Below, in pieces: positions 1 to 6,955 of a DNA stretch of 32,000 nt. Source of the DNA: Candidatus Saccharimonadota bacterium (GTDB taxonomy: Archaea > Nanohalarchaeota > Nanosalinia > Nanosalinales > Nanosalinaceae). The translations under genes and the position numbers were made by a program. Positions within the stretch are counted from its first letter, which is position 1. Each line of letters starts with the position of its first letter. Location: assembly GCF_029232205.1 (NCBI RefSeq), contig NZ_CP107255.1, positions 750,001 to 782,000 on the forward strand, in the 5' to 3' direction. The notes under the pieces are model-generated. The model did no database searches. It had not been told where the DNA came from and saw only the letters and a program-made list of their open reading frames with translations.

Positions 1-12
1 GAGTCAGTTCAC

Positions 13-429
13 TTGATTACTTCGAAGAAGTCAGCGTCACGTGTGAAGACTGTGCTGGATTCTTTTCTGCCGCTTGTACTGATTCTGCTTTCGTTTGTAA
101 TACTTTTCCAGTTCTTTAATTTCGGGCCTGCAGCGGATACGTATATCAGTTATCTTAACTATGTGGTTATTCTTTTCTTTGCTGCCAGGCTGGGTATAGG
201 CCTGCGGCTTGCGCAGTCGAATACGAAGTTTGTTGAGGATCACTGGCTTGACATGTTGATGGTGATTCCTGCTCTCAGTATCTTGGAGGAGCTTGAGGTA
301 GGTGCAATCTTCGAGCAGCAGATGGTGGGAGAGAAGGCTACGGCAGGAATAGCGATGGCCCGTAATCTAGGCCTGTCTGCCAAGATGACCAAGATAATCA
401 GACTGGTTAAGAGAACTGTTACTTTCTGA
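13..429 (+). CDS. 4-TM membrane protein resembling an isolated voltage-sensor (S1-S4) domain of ion-transport channels; no pore domain follows
   Basis: ORF 13..429 starts at a TTG at 13. The frame is open back to nt 1, so the N-terminus may lie outside the window. It has three hydrophobic helices and an S3-like FVEDHWLDMLMVIPA. AKMTKIIRLVKR, with K/R at every third residue (S4-like), sits just before the stop at 427-429. Confidence 0.45.
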   Translation: MITSKKSASRVKTVLDSFLPLVLILLSFVILFQFFNFGPAADTYISYLNYVVILFFAARLGIGLRLAQSNTKFVEDHWLDMLMVIPALSILEELEVGAIFEQQMVGEKATAGIAMARNLGLSAKMTKIIRLVKRTVTF

Positions 430-501
430 ATAAGGGCCTTTTGGAACAGGTAAACTGTGGCTGAAGAGTTTGCTGTGTTAGAATAATTTTTTGAGAGGTT
501 A

Positions 502-575
502 TGGGCTCGACGGGATTTGAACCCGCGACTACCGGCTTAAAAGGCCGGTGCTCTGCCAGACTGAGCTACGAGCCC
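502..575 (-). tRNA. tRNA-Lys (anticodon UUU), 74 nt, CCA not encoded
   Basis: The reverse complement folds as GGGCTCG-TA-GCTC-AGTCTGGCA-GAGC-A-CCGGC-CTTTTAA-GCCGG-TAGTC-GCGGG-TTCAAAT-CCCGT-CGAGCCC-A. This is a complete cloverleaf with a 7-bp acceptor stem, a GTTCAAAT T-loop and the anticodon loop CT-TTT-AA. Confidence 0.93.
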
Positions 576-622
576 CTCCTTGTAGAAAATAAATGAGAGG
601 ATATGTTTTAAGTAAAAATCCC

Positions 623-841
623 TTATACGGTTTCCTGCTCAAAGTTGCCGTACTGGATGTTCTGTAGAGAGCTGTAGGGTACGAAGATTTCTCGGGCCTC
701 GATTCTGTGGGCCTTTTCGTCTTCGGTGATTACGTGAGGCTTTTCGGCCTCTACACCTTTTGCTTCTCTTTTCAGGTGTTCTTCGGATTCCAGTAGGAAG
801 TCTCCGGATTCCGTTAGTAGGATTACTTCGTATTCTGCCAT
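623..841 (-). CDS. hypothetical small acidic protein (72 aa), distal gene of the Sm-L37e operon
   Basis: ORF. Its ATG (841-839) directly abuts the TAA (844-842) that closes the zinc-ribbon frame of the L37e gene (TAAATG), which suggests translational coupling. No family recognised. Confidence 0.5.
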   Translation of the reverse strand: MAEYEVILLTESGDFLLESEEHLKREAKGVEAEKPHVITEDEKAHRIEAREIFVPYSSLQNIQYGNFEQETV

Positions 842-1002
842 TTACTCTTTCCTTGGCTTTGCTTTGTTGAAGTCGTTTCTTTTGGATGTGTTTCCGAAGC
901 CACATGCTGCGCATTCCTTCTTTCTGAGGTGGAATGCTTTCTTGCCGCATCTACGGCATTTGCCGTGGCTTTTCTTGTTTCGTTTTCCTTTGTTAAGTCC
1001 CA
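842..1002 (-). pseudogene. rpl37e: ribosomal protein eL37 (L37e) gene with the reading frame broken by an apparent 1-nt deletion (or an assembly error)
   Basis: Manual translation. The ATG at 1002 is preceded by CAGGTGACACATA (SD) and gives [15 protein letters not shown] different frame, running from 958 to the TAA at 844-842, gives [38 protein letters not shown], the L37e C4 zinc ribbon. The two parts would join in frame only if GGCAATGCC (963-955) were GGCAAATGCC. The usual Sm-L37e gene order supports the identification. Confidence 0.75.
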
Positions 1003-1029
1003 TTATGTGTCACCTGTGAAAAGTCGTTT

Positions 1030-1269
1030 TTATTCCGGGCTGACAAAGAGTACGTTGTCGCCTCTTACGAAGAGCTTACCGTAGTCTGTCTGTCCGTCTT
1101 CTGTCTTTACGGAAGCATTTTCAAGCCAGATGTTGAGGTGCTTGTCGAATGCCTGTAGTTCTCCTGAAACTGTAGGTTCCTGATCTCTTCCGTATGCTTT
1201 TAGTTTTACTAGTACGTTTCCTTCTTTGGCCCCATCTAGAACGTCAAAAGGCCTTTTGTTATCTGCCAT
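1030..1269 (-). CDS. archaeal Sm-like protein (SmAP/LSm)
   Basis: 79 aa. The Sm1 motif is VLVKLK...GELQAFDKHLNIWLENA and the Sm2 motif is YGKLFVRGDNVLFVSP. An AGGTG SD lies upstream of the ATG at 1269, and the gene sits upstream of rpl37e as in many archaea. Confidence 0.9.
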   Translation of the reverse strand: MADNKRPFDVLDGAKEGNVLVKLKAYGRDQEPTVSGELQAFDKHLNIWLENASVKTEDGQTDYGKLFVRGDNVLFVSPE

Positions 1270-1355
1270 TGTTTAGAACACCTGTAAACATACAGAACCC
1301 TGACAACTTATATAAACCTGACTGGAGTAGAAAAATAGAGATATGATCTTGGTTA

Positions 1356-1931
1356 TTACTCAAGCAGATTTCCTAGATCTTTGAGGCCTTCGATAGCCTC
1401 TTGTGTTCTTTCAAGTTCATTTTCAGCATTGCTTTCGAAAGGTTCTGAATACGTTATGCGCATTTCACCATCTTGGATTTCTTCGTCATCGCTATCATAA
1501 GACGTATCAAACTCCAACATTACGCCAATCACACCGTCTGTATAGTTTACCCCAGCATTAATTTCTCCATCTATTGATGTTTTAATTGGATTTGGAAGTT
1601 GTGTGTTTTCTGATTCAGGAAGTGAGTCGTCAAACATTGCATCTTTATTTTTTCTCCAGTAATTGGATTCTTCTTGTCTCCCTGAAGCCTGAGCACTTGA
1701 TTCGCTCGCGCCTGCAACGTTTAGTAAGTACTTGGCAGCTTCATCTCTCTGAAGTTTTTCGGTTGTTGCACCTCTGTCTCCCCACTGGTATGTCATAGAA
1801 ACTTCTTCGGAAGGGTCTGAGATTGCCGTCTTAACCATTTGAGATGCTCCCGATGGCGTTGTCTTACCTGTTATTTTGATATCTGCTTCTGCGTCCATGT
1901 TGTTTTCGTAGTCTGAATCGACTGCTCTCAT
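1356..1931 (-). CDS. hypothetical, very acidic protein (191 aa)
   Basis: ORF with an ATG at 1931. A TATA-like CCTTTTTATTTG lies about 30 nt upstream on the minus strand (leaderless layout). No family recognised. Confidence 0.5.
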   Translation of the reverse strand: MRAVDSDYENNMDAEADIKITGKTTPSGASQMVKTAISDPSEEVSMTYQWGDRGATTEKLQRDEAAKYLLNVAGASESSAQASGRQEESNYWRKNKDAMFDDSLPESENTQLPNPIKTSIDGEINAGVNYTDGVIGVMLEFDTSYDSDDEEIQDGEMRITYSEPFESNAENELERTQEAIEGLKDLGNLLE

Positions 1932-1994
1932 ATGTTGTTATTATGTAGTGACAAATAAAAAGGTTGTGGTGTTTGAAAGCAGGAATCAAGATTC

Positions 1995-2003
1995 TTTATA
2001 AAA
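1995..2003 (+). promoter_or_regulatory. TATA box (TTTATAAAA) for a leaderless rps8e transcript
   Basis: It is centred about 26 nt upstream of the ATG at 2025, and no SD lies in between. Confidence 0.5.
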
Positions 2004-2024
2004 TTTTACGCATGAAGGGTTGTT

Positions 2025-2402
2025 ATGGCTGTTTGGCACAAAAGATCAATGACTAAGAAAACGGGCGGTAAAACCCGTAGGTACAGGAAATCTAGAAAAT
2101 ACGATCTCGGATCCGAGTTCTCCGAACCAGAAGTAGGAGATCAGAGGATTAGAGTAATTAGAACTCGCGGTGGAAATAATAAGAGCCGTGTTAAGAGATC
2201 TGAGACTGTAAACCTTGCTGTTGACGGCGAGGTTAAGAAGGCTGAGATTGAGCAGGTTCTTGAGAACCCGGCTAATCCGAACTTCGTTAGAAGATCTCTA
2301 CTTACAAAGGGAACTATCGTTGATACATCCGAAGGAAAGGCCAAGATTACTTCCAGGCCTGGACAGAACGGAGTTGTTAACGCAGTTCCTGTAGAGGAGT
2401 AA
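2025..2402 (+). CDS. rps8e: ribosomal protein eS8 (S8e)
   Basis: 125 aa. The N-terminus WHKRSMTKKTGGK..RRYRKSRKYDLG and the stretch IRVIRTRGGNNKSRV are typical of archaeal S8e. Confidence 0.92.
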   Translation: MAVWHKRSMTKKTGGKTRRYRKSRKYDLGSEFSEPEVGDQRIRVIRTRGGNNKSRVKRSETVNLAVDGEVKKAEIEQVLENPANPNFVRRSLLTKGTIVDTSEGKAKITSRPGQNGVVNAVPVEE

Positions 2403-2494
2403 ATTTTTCCTCTTCTCTCAATTTCATTTCCTAATTTCTGAGATTTTAGACAATAAGGAGTAAATTTATTAGAAAAGATTGGCAAGTGGAGACT

Positions 2495-2590
2495 ATGTCT
2501 GACGAAGATGAGTCAGAAGTAAACTGGATAGGACAAGAAAGTAAGTCGCAAATGGTCGCTGCGCCTGAAGAGGATCCAGATGAGGATTAA
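2495..2590 (+). CDS. possible tiny acidic ORF (31 aa: MSDEDESEVNWIGQESKSQMVAAPEEDPDED)
   Basis: Found by hand; it is below the cutoff of the ORF track. GTGGAG lies 3 nt upstream of the ATG, and the ORF ends 5 nt before the next gene. No homology recognised. Confidence 0.2.
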   Translation: MSDEDESEVNWIGQESKSQMVAAPEEDPDED

Positions 2591-2595
2591 ACCTT

Positions 2596-3204
2596 ATGAC
2601 AATTCCCGGGCTAATTTTGGCCTTTCTTTTTTTGACTCCAGGATTTCTAGCAATAAAACTAGCTAGGAAGTTTGGTCATCTTGACCCCTTAAGCGATAGA
2701 TTTGACAAGACTGCGTTCTCATTACTTCTCAGCGGTTTTTCAGCAGCATTCGTCCTTATGACGATAAATCTTCTTGGAATAGCTCCTGAGTTTGTTATTG
2801 AAGATTTTAATTTTAGTATCGAAAATCTAGGTTTTCTAAGCAAGCTATATGTAGGTCATTTAGTATCAGGATCAATTTTGGGGTATATTCTAGGCATTAT
2901 ACTGAAGGAAGATGGCTCAAGAAAAGAGACCCCCTTCAACCTCACTTTTAGGTATATGGAAGAGGGAGAACAGGGAAGCAAAATTAAAGCCAAAATGAAA
3001 GATGGAAGACTTATATCTGGCTATTTGAGAGCTTGGGACGACCGGGATGCAGATGAAGATTTGCTCATAAAGTTTCCTCGAATACTAGAAAGCTCTAATG
3101 GTCCAAAGTGGGAGAGCGGTAGAAAACTAGGCAAATACATGTATATTAACGGAGAGAATATCTCAGAAGTCTTTTTTGAAGCAGATATCAAGTTCCCCGA
3201 ATGA
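2596..3204 (+). CDS. membrane protein with three N-terminal TM helices and a C-terminal Sm/LSm-like beta-barrel signature
   Basis: 202 aa. The TM helices are at about aa 4-25, 40-64 and 78-103. The C-terminal IKAKMKDGRLISGYLRAWDD...DLLIKFP and LGKYMYINGENISEVFF parallel the Sm1 and Sm2 motifs of the canonical Sm protein at 1030..1269. The gene has lower GC and is less acidic than its neighbours. Confidence 0.55.
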   Translation: MTIPGLILAFLFLTPGFLAIKLARKFGHLDPLSDRFDKTAFSLLLSGFSAAFVLMTINLLGIAPEFVIEDFNFSIENLGFLSKLYVGHLVSGSILGYILGIILKEDGSRKETPFNLTFRYMEEGEQGSKIKAKMKDGRLISGYLRAWDDRDADEDLLIKFPRILESSNGPKWESGRKLGKYMYINGENISEVFFEADIKFPE

Positions 3205-3243
3205 GCAGGAAAAATAAATAGAGAGGTTAAAGGGCCTGAAATT

Positions 3244-3354
3244 TTATGCTAGTAGGCCTTTAACTTTGGAGAAAATCTTAACATGGATTCCTTTGGCTTT
3301 GAACTCTACCGGGATCTGTCTGCCGGTTTCGTCCATGAAATCGGTCTCCATCAT
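3244..3354 (-). CDS. possible leaderless small ORF (36 aa: MMETDFMDETGRQIPVEFKAKGIHVKIFSKVKGLLA)
   Basis: Found by hand in a 244-bp convergent spacer. A TTATAAA box (3379-3385) is centred about 28 nt upstream of the ATG at 3354. No homology recognised. Confidence 0.2.
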   Translation of the reverse strand: MMETDFMDETGRQIPVEFKAKGIHVKIFSKVKGLLA

Positions 3355-3448
3355 CAAGTGAATAAGCCGAGTTAAACCTTATAAACCATTCGCTGTTTTA
3401 AGCGTTCTAATCGTTTCTTAGAGAATAAGGCCTTCTCTTAGCTGTTTT

Positions 3449-4534
3449 TTACACGTGTCTGAGGTTGAGTTCGAGGATGTCTTCATCCATTAGCTCGTGT
3501 TCTTCTCCGACTTTCTGGTTAGGGAACTTTGAGCTTTCTCCTGTTACACGTGCGTGTTTGAAACGGTCTTTCATGTCTCCTGGAAGATGATCAAGCGCGT
3601 CTCCAACCGTATCGCCTTCTCTGAGAATTAGTGGATCTTCTTTGTCCGGGTCCTCGCCTTTTTCTTTCATGTATATCCTGATAAGGCCTATGCTTTCGAA
3701 GATGAGGTCCTGCAGTTCTTCAAGGTTTTTACCTTCCTGTGCAGAGATTAATAAATCGTATTTTTCCTTGTAGTCCTTGGTTTCCTGGTCTGAGAGAAGA
3801 TCCATTTTGTTGACTGCTGTGATTCCGGGCACGTACTTCCGGTTTCTCATGAGGCCGTCGATAAATCGGTCTAGATCGAGTTTTTCACGAATTATGACTT
3901 CTGCGTTGGTGAAGCCTTTCTGATGCATCAGTTGTTTGATGGTGTCGTCTTCAATGTCCAGGTCTACGGTTGTGGCAATGTTGATTCCGCCCCGGCCTTT
4001 CTTCTCTACTTTCATGTCTGGAGGTGACTGGTTGACTCTGATTCCTGCGTCGTATAGTTCGCCAGTTATTTCGTCGTATCTCATCTCCTCTGGATCAAGC
4101 AGTACAAGCACGAGATCAGCGTTGCGGACTACCGAAAGTACCTGTGTGCCTCCGCCGCGGCCCTCTGCTGCGCCGCCGATCAGTCCTGGCACGTCAAGTA
4201 TCTGTATGTTGGCCCCTTTGTGTTTCATCATGCCAGGTTCTACATCAAGCGTTGTGAACTCGTATTCGCCGGTTTCCGAGTCAGCATTTGTTAATCGGTT
4301 TAGAAGCGTGGATTTTCCTACAGAAGGAAACCCTACAAGAGCAACAGTTGCGTCGCCCTGTTTCTTGACCGCGTAACCCGAGGTCTCACCAGTGCCTTTA
4401 GCCTTCTGCTGTTTCTCCTCCTTGAGTTCGGCGATACGGGCCTTCAGTCGGCCTCTTTCCTTTTCAGTTGCCTTGTTTACCGGTGTCTCTTCAAGTTTAT
4501 CTTCTACTCGCTGAATCTCGTCTTCAAGGCCCAT
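3449..4534 (-). CDS. DRG/Obg-family GTP-binding protein with a C-terminal TGS domain
   Basis: The GTPase motifs are G1 GFPSVGKST, G3 DVPGLIGGA and G4 NKMD, and the C-terminus is TGS-like. The track ORF starts at a TTG at 4561. The ATG at 4534 (MGLEDEIQ) matches the usual family N-terminus. Confidence 0.88.
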   Translation of the reverse strand: MGLEDEIQRVEDKLEETPVNKATEKERGRLKARIAELKEEKQQKAKGTGETSGYAVKKQGDATVALVGFPSVGKSTLLNRLTNADSETGEYEFTTLDVEPGMMKHKGANIQILDVPGLIGGAAEGRGGGTQVLSVVRNADLVLVLLDPEEMRYDEITGELYDAGIRVNQSPPDMKVEKKGRGGINIATTVDLDIEDDTIKQLMHQKGFTNAEVIIREKLDLDRFIDGLMRNRKYVPGITAVNKMDLLSDQETKDYKEKYDLLISAQEGKNLEELQDLIFESIGLIRIYMKEKGEDPDKEDPLILREGDTVGDALDHLPGDMKDRFKHARVTGESSKFPNQKVGEEHELMDEDILELNLRHV

Positions 4535-4603
4535 ACCTGAACTGTGAAGGTTGAGTTTCAAAAAGTCTTTACTTCCTGTTGAGAATGAGATGTAAAATGT
4601 GTA

Positions 4604-5377
4604 TTAGAGGCCTTGTTTTCGGGCCTTTCTGTAGTCGTCTTCGATGCTGTCCATTAGGTTGTTGAATCCCTGGATTGATCTGTCTTTTTGTCTTACTGTG
4701 TTCATTAGTTCTCTTCTGAGGTCTCTGCGGTCTTCTTCTGGAGTGTCTTTGGGGAAAGAGTTTCCCGGTACAGCGTTTTCGTAGGTGTTATCCAGAAAAT
4801 CATCTCTGAATTCTTCTGCGACGTCTTCTCCATGCATGTCGGCCATCATTTCTATGCCCTTCAGTATTCTGGAGTGGTATGTCTCCTGTCTGCCTCTAGA
4901 TGTGAAGTAGTCAGATCTATCGTCTACGCTTTCTGTGAATATTGTCACACTAGTATCTAGATCCACTCCATCGACGTATGGCTGTATGACATCCGGATCT
5001 ACTTCCTCAACCCCATACCCTTCAGAGGAGGCTATAGCATCGTACTGTTCATCATCAAGACCTCTGATAACCACACCATTAATGACGTCCTCGTCATCGC
5101 CGGTATGTTCGGCTTCCAGCATAGTTCCTCCATATTTTTCCAAAGTATAGTTTCTTCTGAAGCCAGGGATCTTTACAGGTACGAATTCTAAGCCTTCTTC
5201 TCTATCTTTCTCCTCTTCCCATGCTTCAACGGCCTCCTCTCTCAGAAGGCCTTCGTCACCAAGTTCTTTTCCTTCATCATAAATAGGTTTAGCTGGACCT
5301 ATATCATCGTCGAATCTTGCCAGTACCGAAGTTGGTAGTATCAGGCTTCCATATCCGAAAGTTGAGTTTTGGCCCAT
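4604..5377 (-). CDS. hypothetical protein with a ChaC/gamma-glutamylcyclotransferase-like N-terminal motif and a long acidic tail
   Basis: FGYGSLI near the N-terminus and PGFRRNY further on resemble GGCT/ChaC-family motifs, but only weakly. The ATG at 5377 is preferred over the TTG at 5407. Confidence 0.35.
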   Translation of the reverse strand: MGQNSTFGYGSLILPTSVLARFDDDIGPAKPIYDEGKELGDEGLLREEAVEAWEEEKDREEGLEFVPVKIPGFRRNYTLEKYGGTMLEAEHTGDDEDVINGVVIRGLDDEQYDAIASSEGYGVEEVDPDVIQPYVDGVDLDTSVTIFTESVDDRSDYFTSRGRQETYHSRILKGIEMMADMHGEDVAEEFRDDFLDNTYENAVPGNSFPKDTPEEDRRDLRRELMNTVRQKDRSIQGFNNLMDSIEDDYRKARKQGL

Positions 5378-5489
5378 CGGAATCACAGTATTACTAGGCA
5401 ATAACAAAAATTATAAGCATTTCCGTATCGAAGAGCTTGTAGCTCATTCAGTAGAATTTAAACACAAATAAGAAGTTGGTAAAGGAGTT

Positions 5490-5558
5490 TCAGCCCATTA
5501 GATATGTGAAGGCCTGTTTTCCGAAGTCTATGAGTGCGAGTAGGATGATGAATTTCAT
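5490..5558 (-). CDS. possible leaderless micro-ORF (22 aa: MKFIILLALIDFGKQAFTYLMG), hydrophobic
   Basis: Found by hand. TATATTAA (minus strand, 5580-5587) is centred about 26 nt upstream of the ATG at 5558. Highly speculative. Confidence 0.15.
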   Translation of the reverse strand: MKFIILLALIDFGKQAFTYLMG

Positions 5559-5630
5559 TTCTGGAATCGTTTCTTTTTGTTAATATAGAAATAGGAGGGG
5601 TAGATGTGTTTTTGGTCGAGTAGGTCTAGA

Positions 5631-5924
5631 TTATACCTGCTCGATGTTGCCGTCTCTTCCGATGTTGAGTTGGAGGTCGTCAGCCCATTCGCGGACGTAT
5701 CCGCCGTTGATCTGAACTTCTGCGCCTTCCTCAATTGCATCGATTTCTTCTTCCCAGAGCGTCAGGTCGATTTCTCCTGTCTCATCTTCGAAGACTACTG
5801 TCGTAATCCTCTTCTGGCCGTACTGTGTAGATACTGCTCTAGGTGTTGGAAGTTTTTTGATCGTTCCTGTGATTTCAACGTCATCTGAATCCGCTTTTAG
5901 TTCCTCAACAGTCATTTCGGGCAT
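5631..5924 (-). CDS. single OB-fold ssDNA-binding protein (RPA/SSB-like)
   Basis: The pattern ...RITTVVFEDETGEIDLTLWEEEID.IEEGAEVQINGGYVREW... is the typical RPA-type OB-fold signature. The start is uncertain: ATG at 5924 or 5915, or the TTG at 5945 used in the track. Confidence 0.6.
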   Translation of the reverse strand: MPEMTVEELKADSDDVEITGTIKKLPTPRAVSTQYGQKRITTVVFEDETGEIDLTLWEEEIDAIEEGAEVQINGGYVREWADDLQLNIGRDGNIEQV

Positions 5925-6031
5925 TATTTTACCACTAATAGACAATACTCCAGACGAAATTTAAAAGGGTTTTTGTTTTCCTCCAGTAGAAACACCAAAA
6001 TACTGTAAACCTGCATACAGAAATTGGTGTT

Positions 6032-6916
6032 ATGTGGCCCTTCAGCTCAGGAAAAGACAAGGATAAAGAAATTGAAAGACTGGAAGAAAAAGTCGAAAAA
6101 CTTCAGGAGGACGAGGATAGATGGAGAAAAAGATTCGAGGCCGAGAAAGAACGCAGAAGCAAGCTTTCAAAAGAAAAACAGGAAGCTGAAGAGCGTGCTA
6201 ATAGATTAAAGGATAAAATTGAGGGCCTGAAATCAGATACTGAGAAAGATGATTCTTCGGAGAGCTCTGATTCCAAGGGTAGAAGAGATCTTGATTTTGA
6301 GGAGGCCCGCAGAGTTATCAGTAAAATTTCTTCAGTAGCATCTTCAGAAGATGATCTCGTAACTGTTTATTCTGAAGGCGATAGAGAGAATATTGATGAT
6401 GTTAGAGGCCTTAAGAACTCTATTTCCGGTGAGCAGTTCAAGAGTATTGATGAGTCCGGGCTCTATTTTTTTGATGAGGATGAGGTCTTTGATCTTTTCC
6501 TGGATGTAAGGCCTTTCTTTGATTCTAAGTGGTTCTCCGGTGAGAGTTTCTCGGTTGGAGAGCTTGAGGATTTTGTTGGTAAGGAGAAGATCTGGGTGAA
6601 GGTTTCGGCCGGTAACTCGAAGGTTTTCCGTGAGTCAGATGGCGAGCTTGAGTTGCTAGAGCATGTTAAGGATCGTGTTGATCGCCAGCATTCTAGCGGT
6701 GGTTTTTCCCAGAGCCGTTTTGAGAGGAAGCGTGATGAGCAGATTCAGGGCCACGTGAAGAATGTTGATATTGCGATTCCTGATGAAGGAGAGGTCTTCC
6801 TTGTGGGTGAGAAAGACTTGTGCAGAGACTTGCCCGGCCAGTATCTTGGCGGTTTTGATCCTAACAAGTCTGATCTTGAGGCCCTTTACGGTTTTGGCGT
6901 TATGAGAAATCTCTAG
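6032..6916 (+). CDS. eRF1/Pelota central-domain paralogue with an N-terminal coiled coil (Vms1-like release factor, VLRF1 type)
   Basis: 294 aa. Residues 10-70 are an E/K/R-rich coiled coil. Residues 186-262, IWVKVSAG...RQHSSGGFSQSRFERKRDEQIQGHVKNV...VFLVGE, parallel the eRF1 segment [28 protein letters not shown], with GGFSQS (nt 6698-6715) in place of GGQS. Confidence 0.55.
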   Translation: MWPFSSGKDKDKEIERLEEKVEKLQEDEDRWRKRFEAEKERRSKLSKEKQEAEERANRLKDKIEGLKSDTEKDDSSESSDSKGRRDLDFEEARRVISKISSVASSEDDLVTVYSEGDRENIDDVRGLKNSISGEQFKSIDESGLYFFDEDEVFDLFLDVRPFFDSKWFSGESFSVGELEDFVGKEKIWVKVSAGNSKVFRESDGELELLEHVKDRVDRQHSSGGFSQSRFERKRDEQIQGHVKNVDIAIPDEGEVFLVGEKDLCRDLPGQYLGGFDPNKSDLEALYGFGVMRNL

Positions 6917-6955
6917 CAGCCTGATATAAATGATTTTAGAGGTAAATGCTTTGGC

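Noticed and set aside
3339-3356. TGATGA (C-box-like) motifs at 3344-3356 (minus strand) and 5543-5550 (plus strand), suggesting C/D-box sRNAs
   Set aside because: There is no matching D box (CTGA), no C'/D' pair at the expected 12-nt guide spacing, and no terminal stem.
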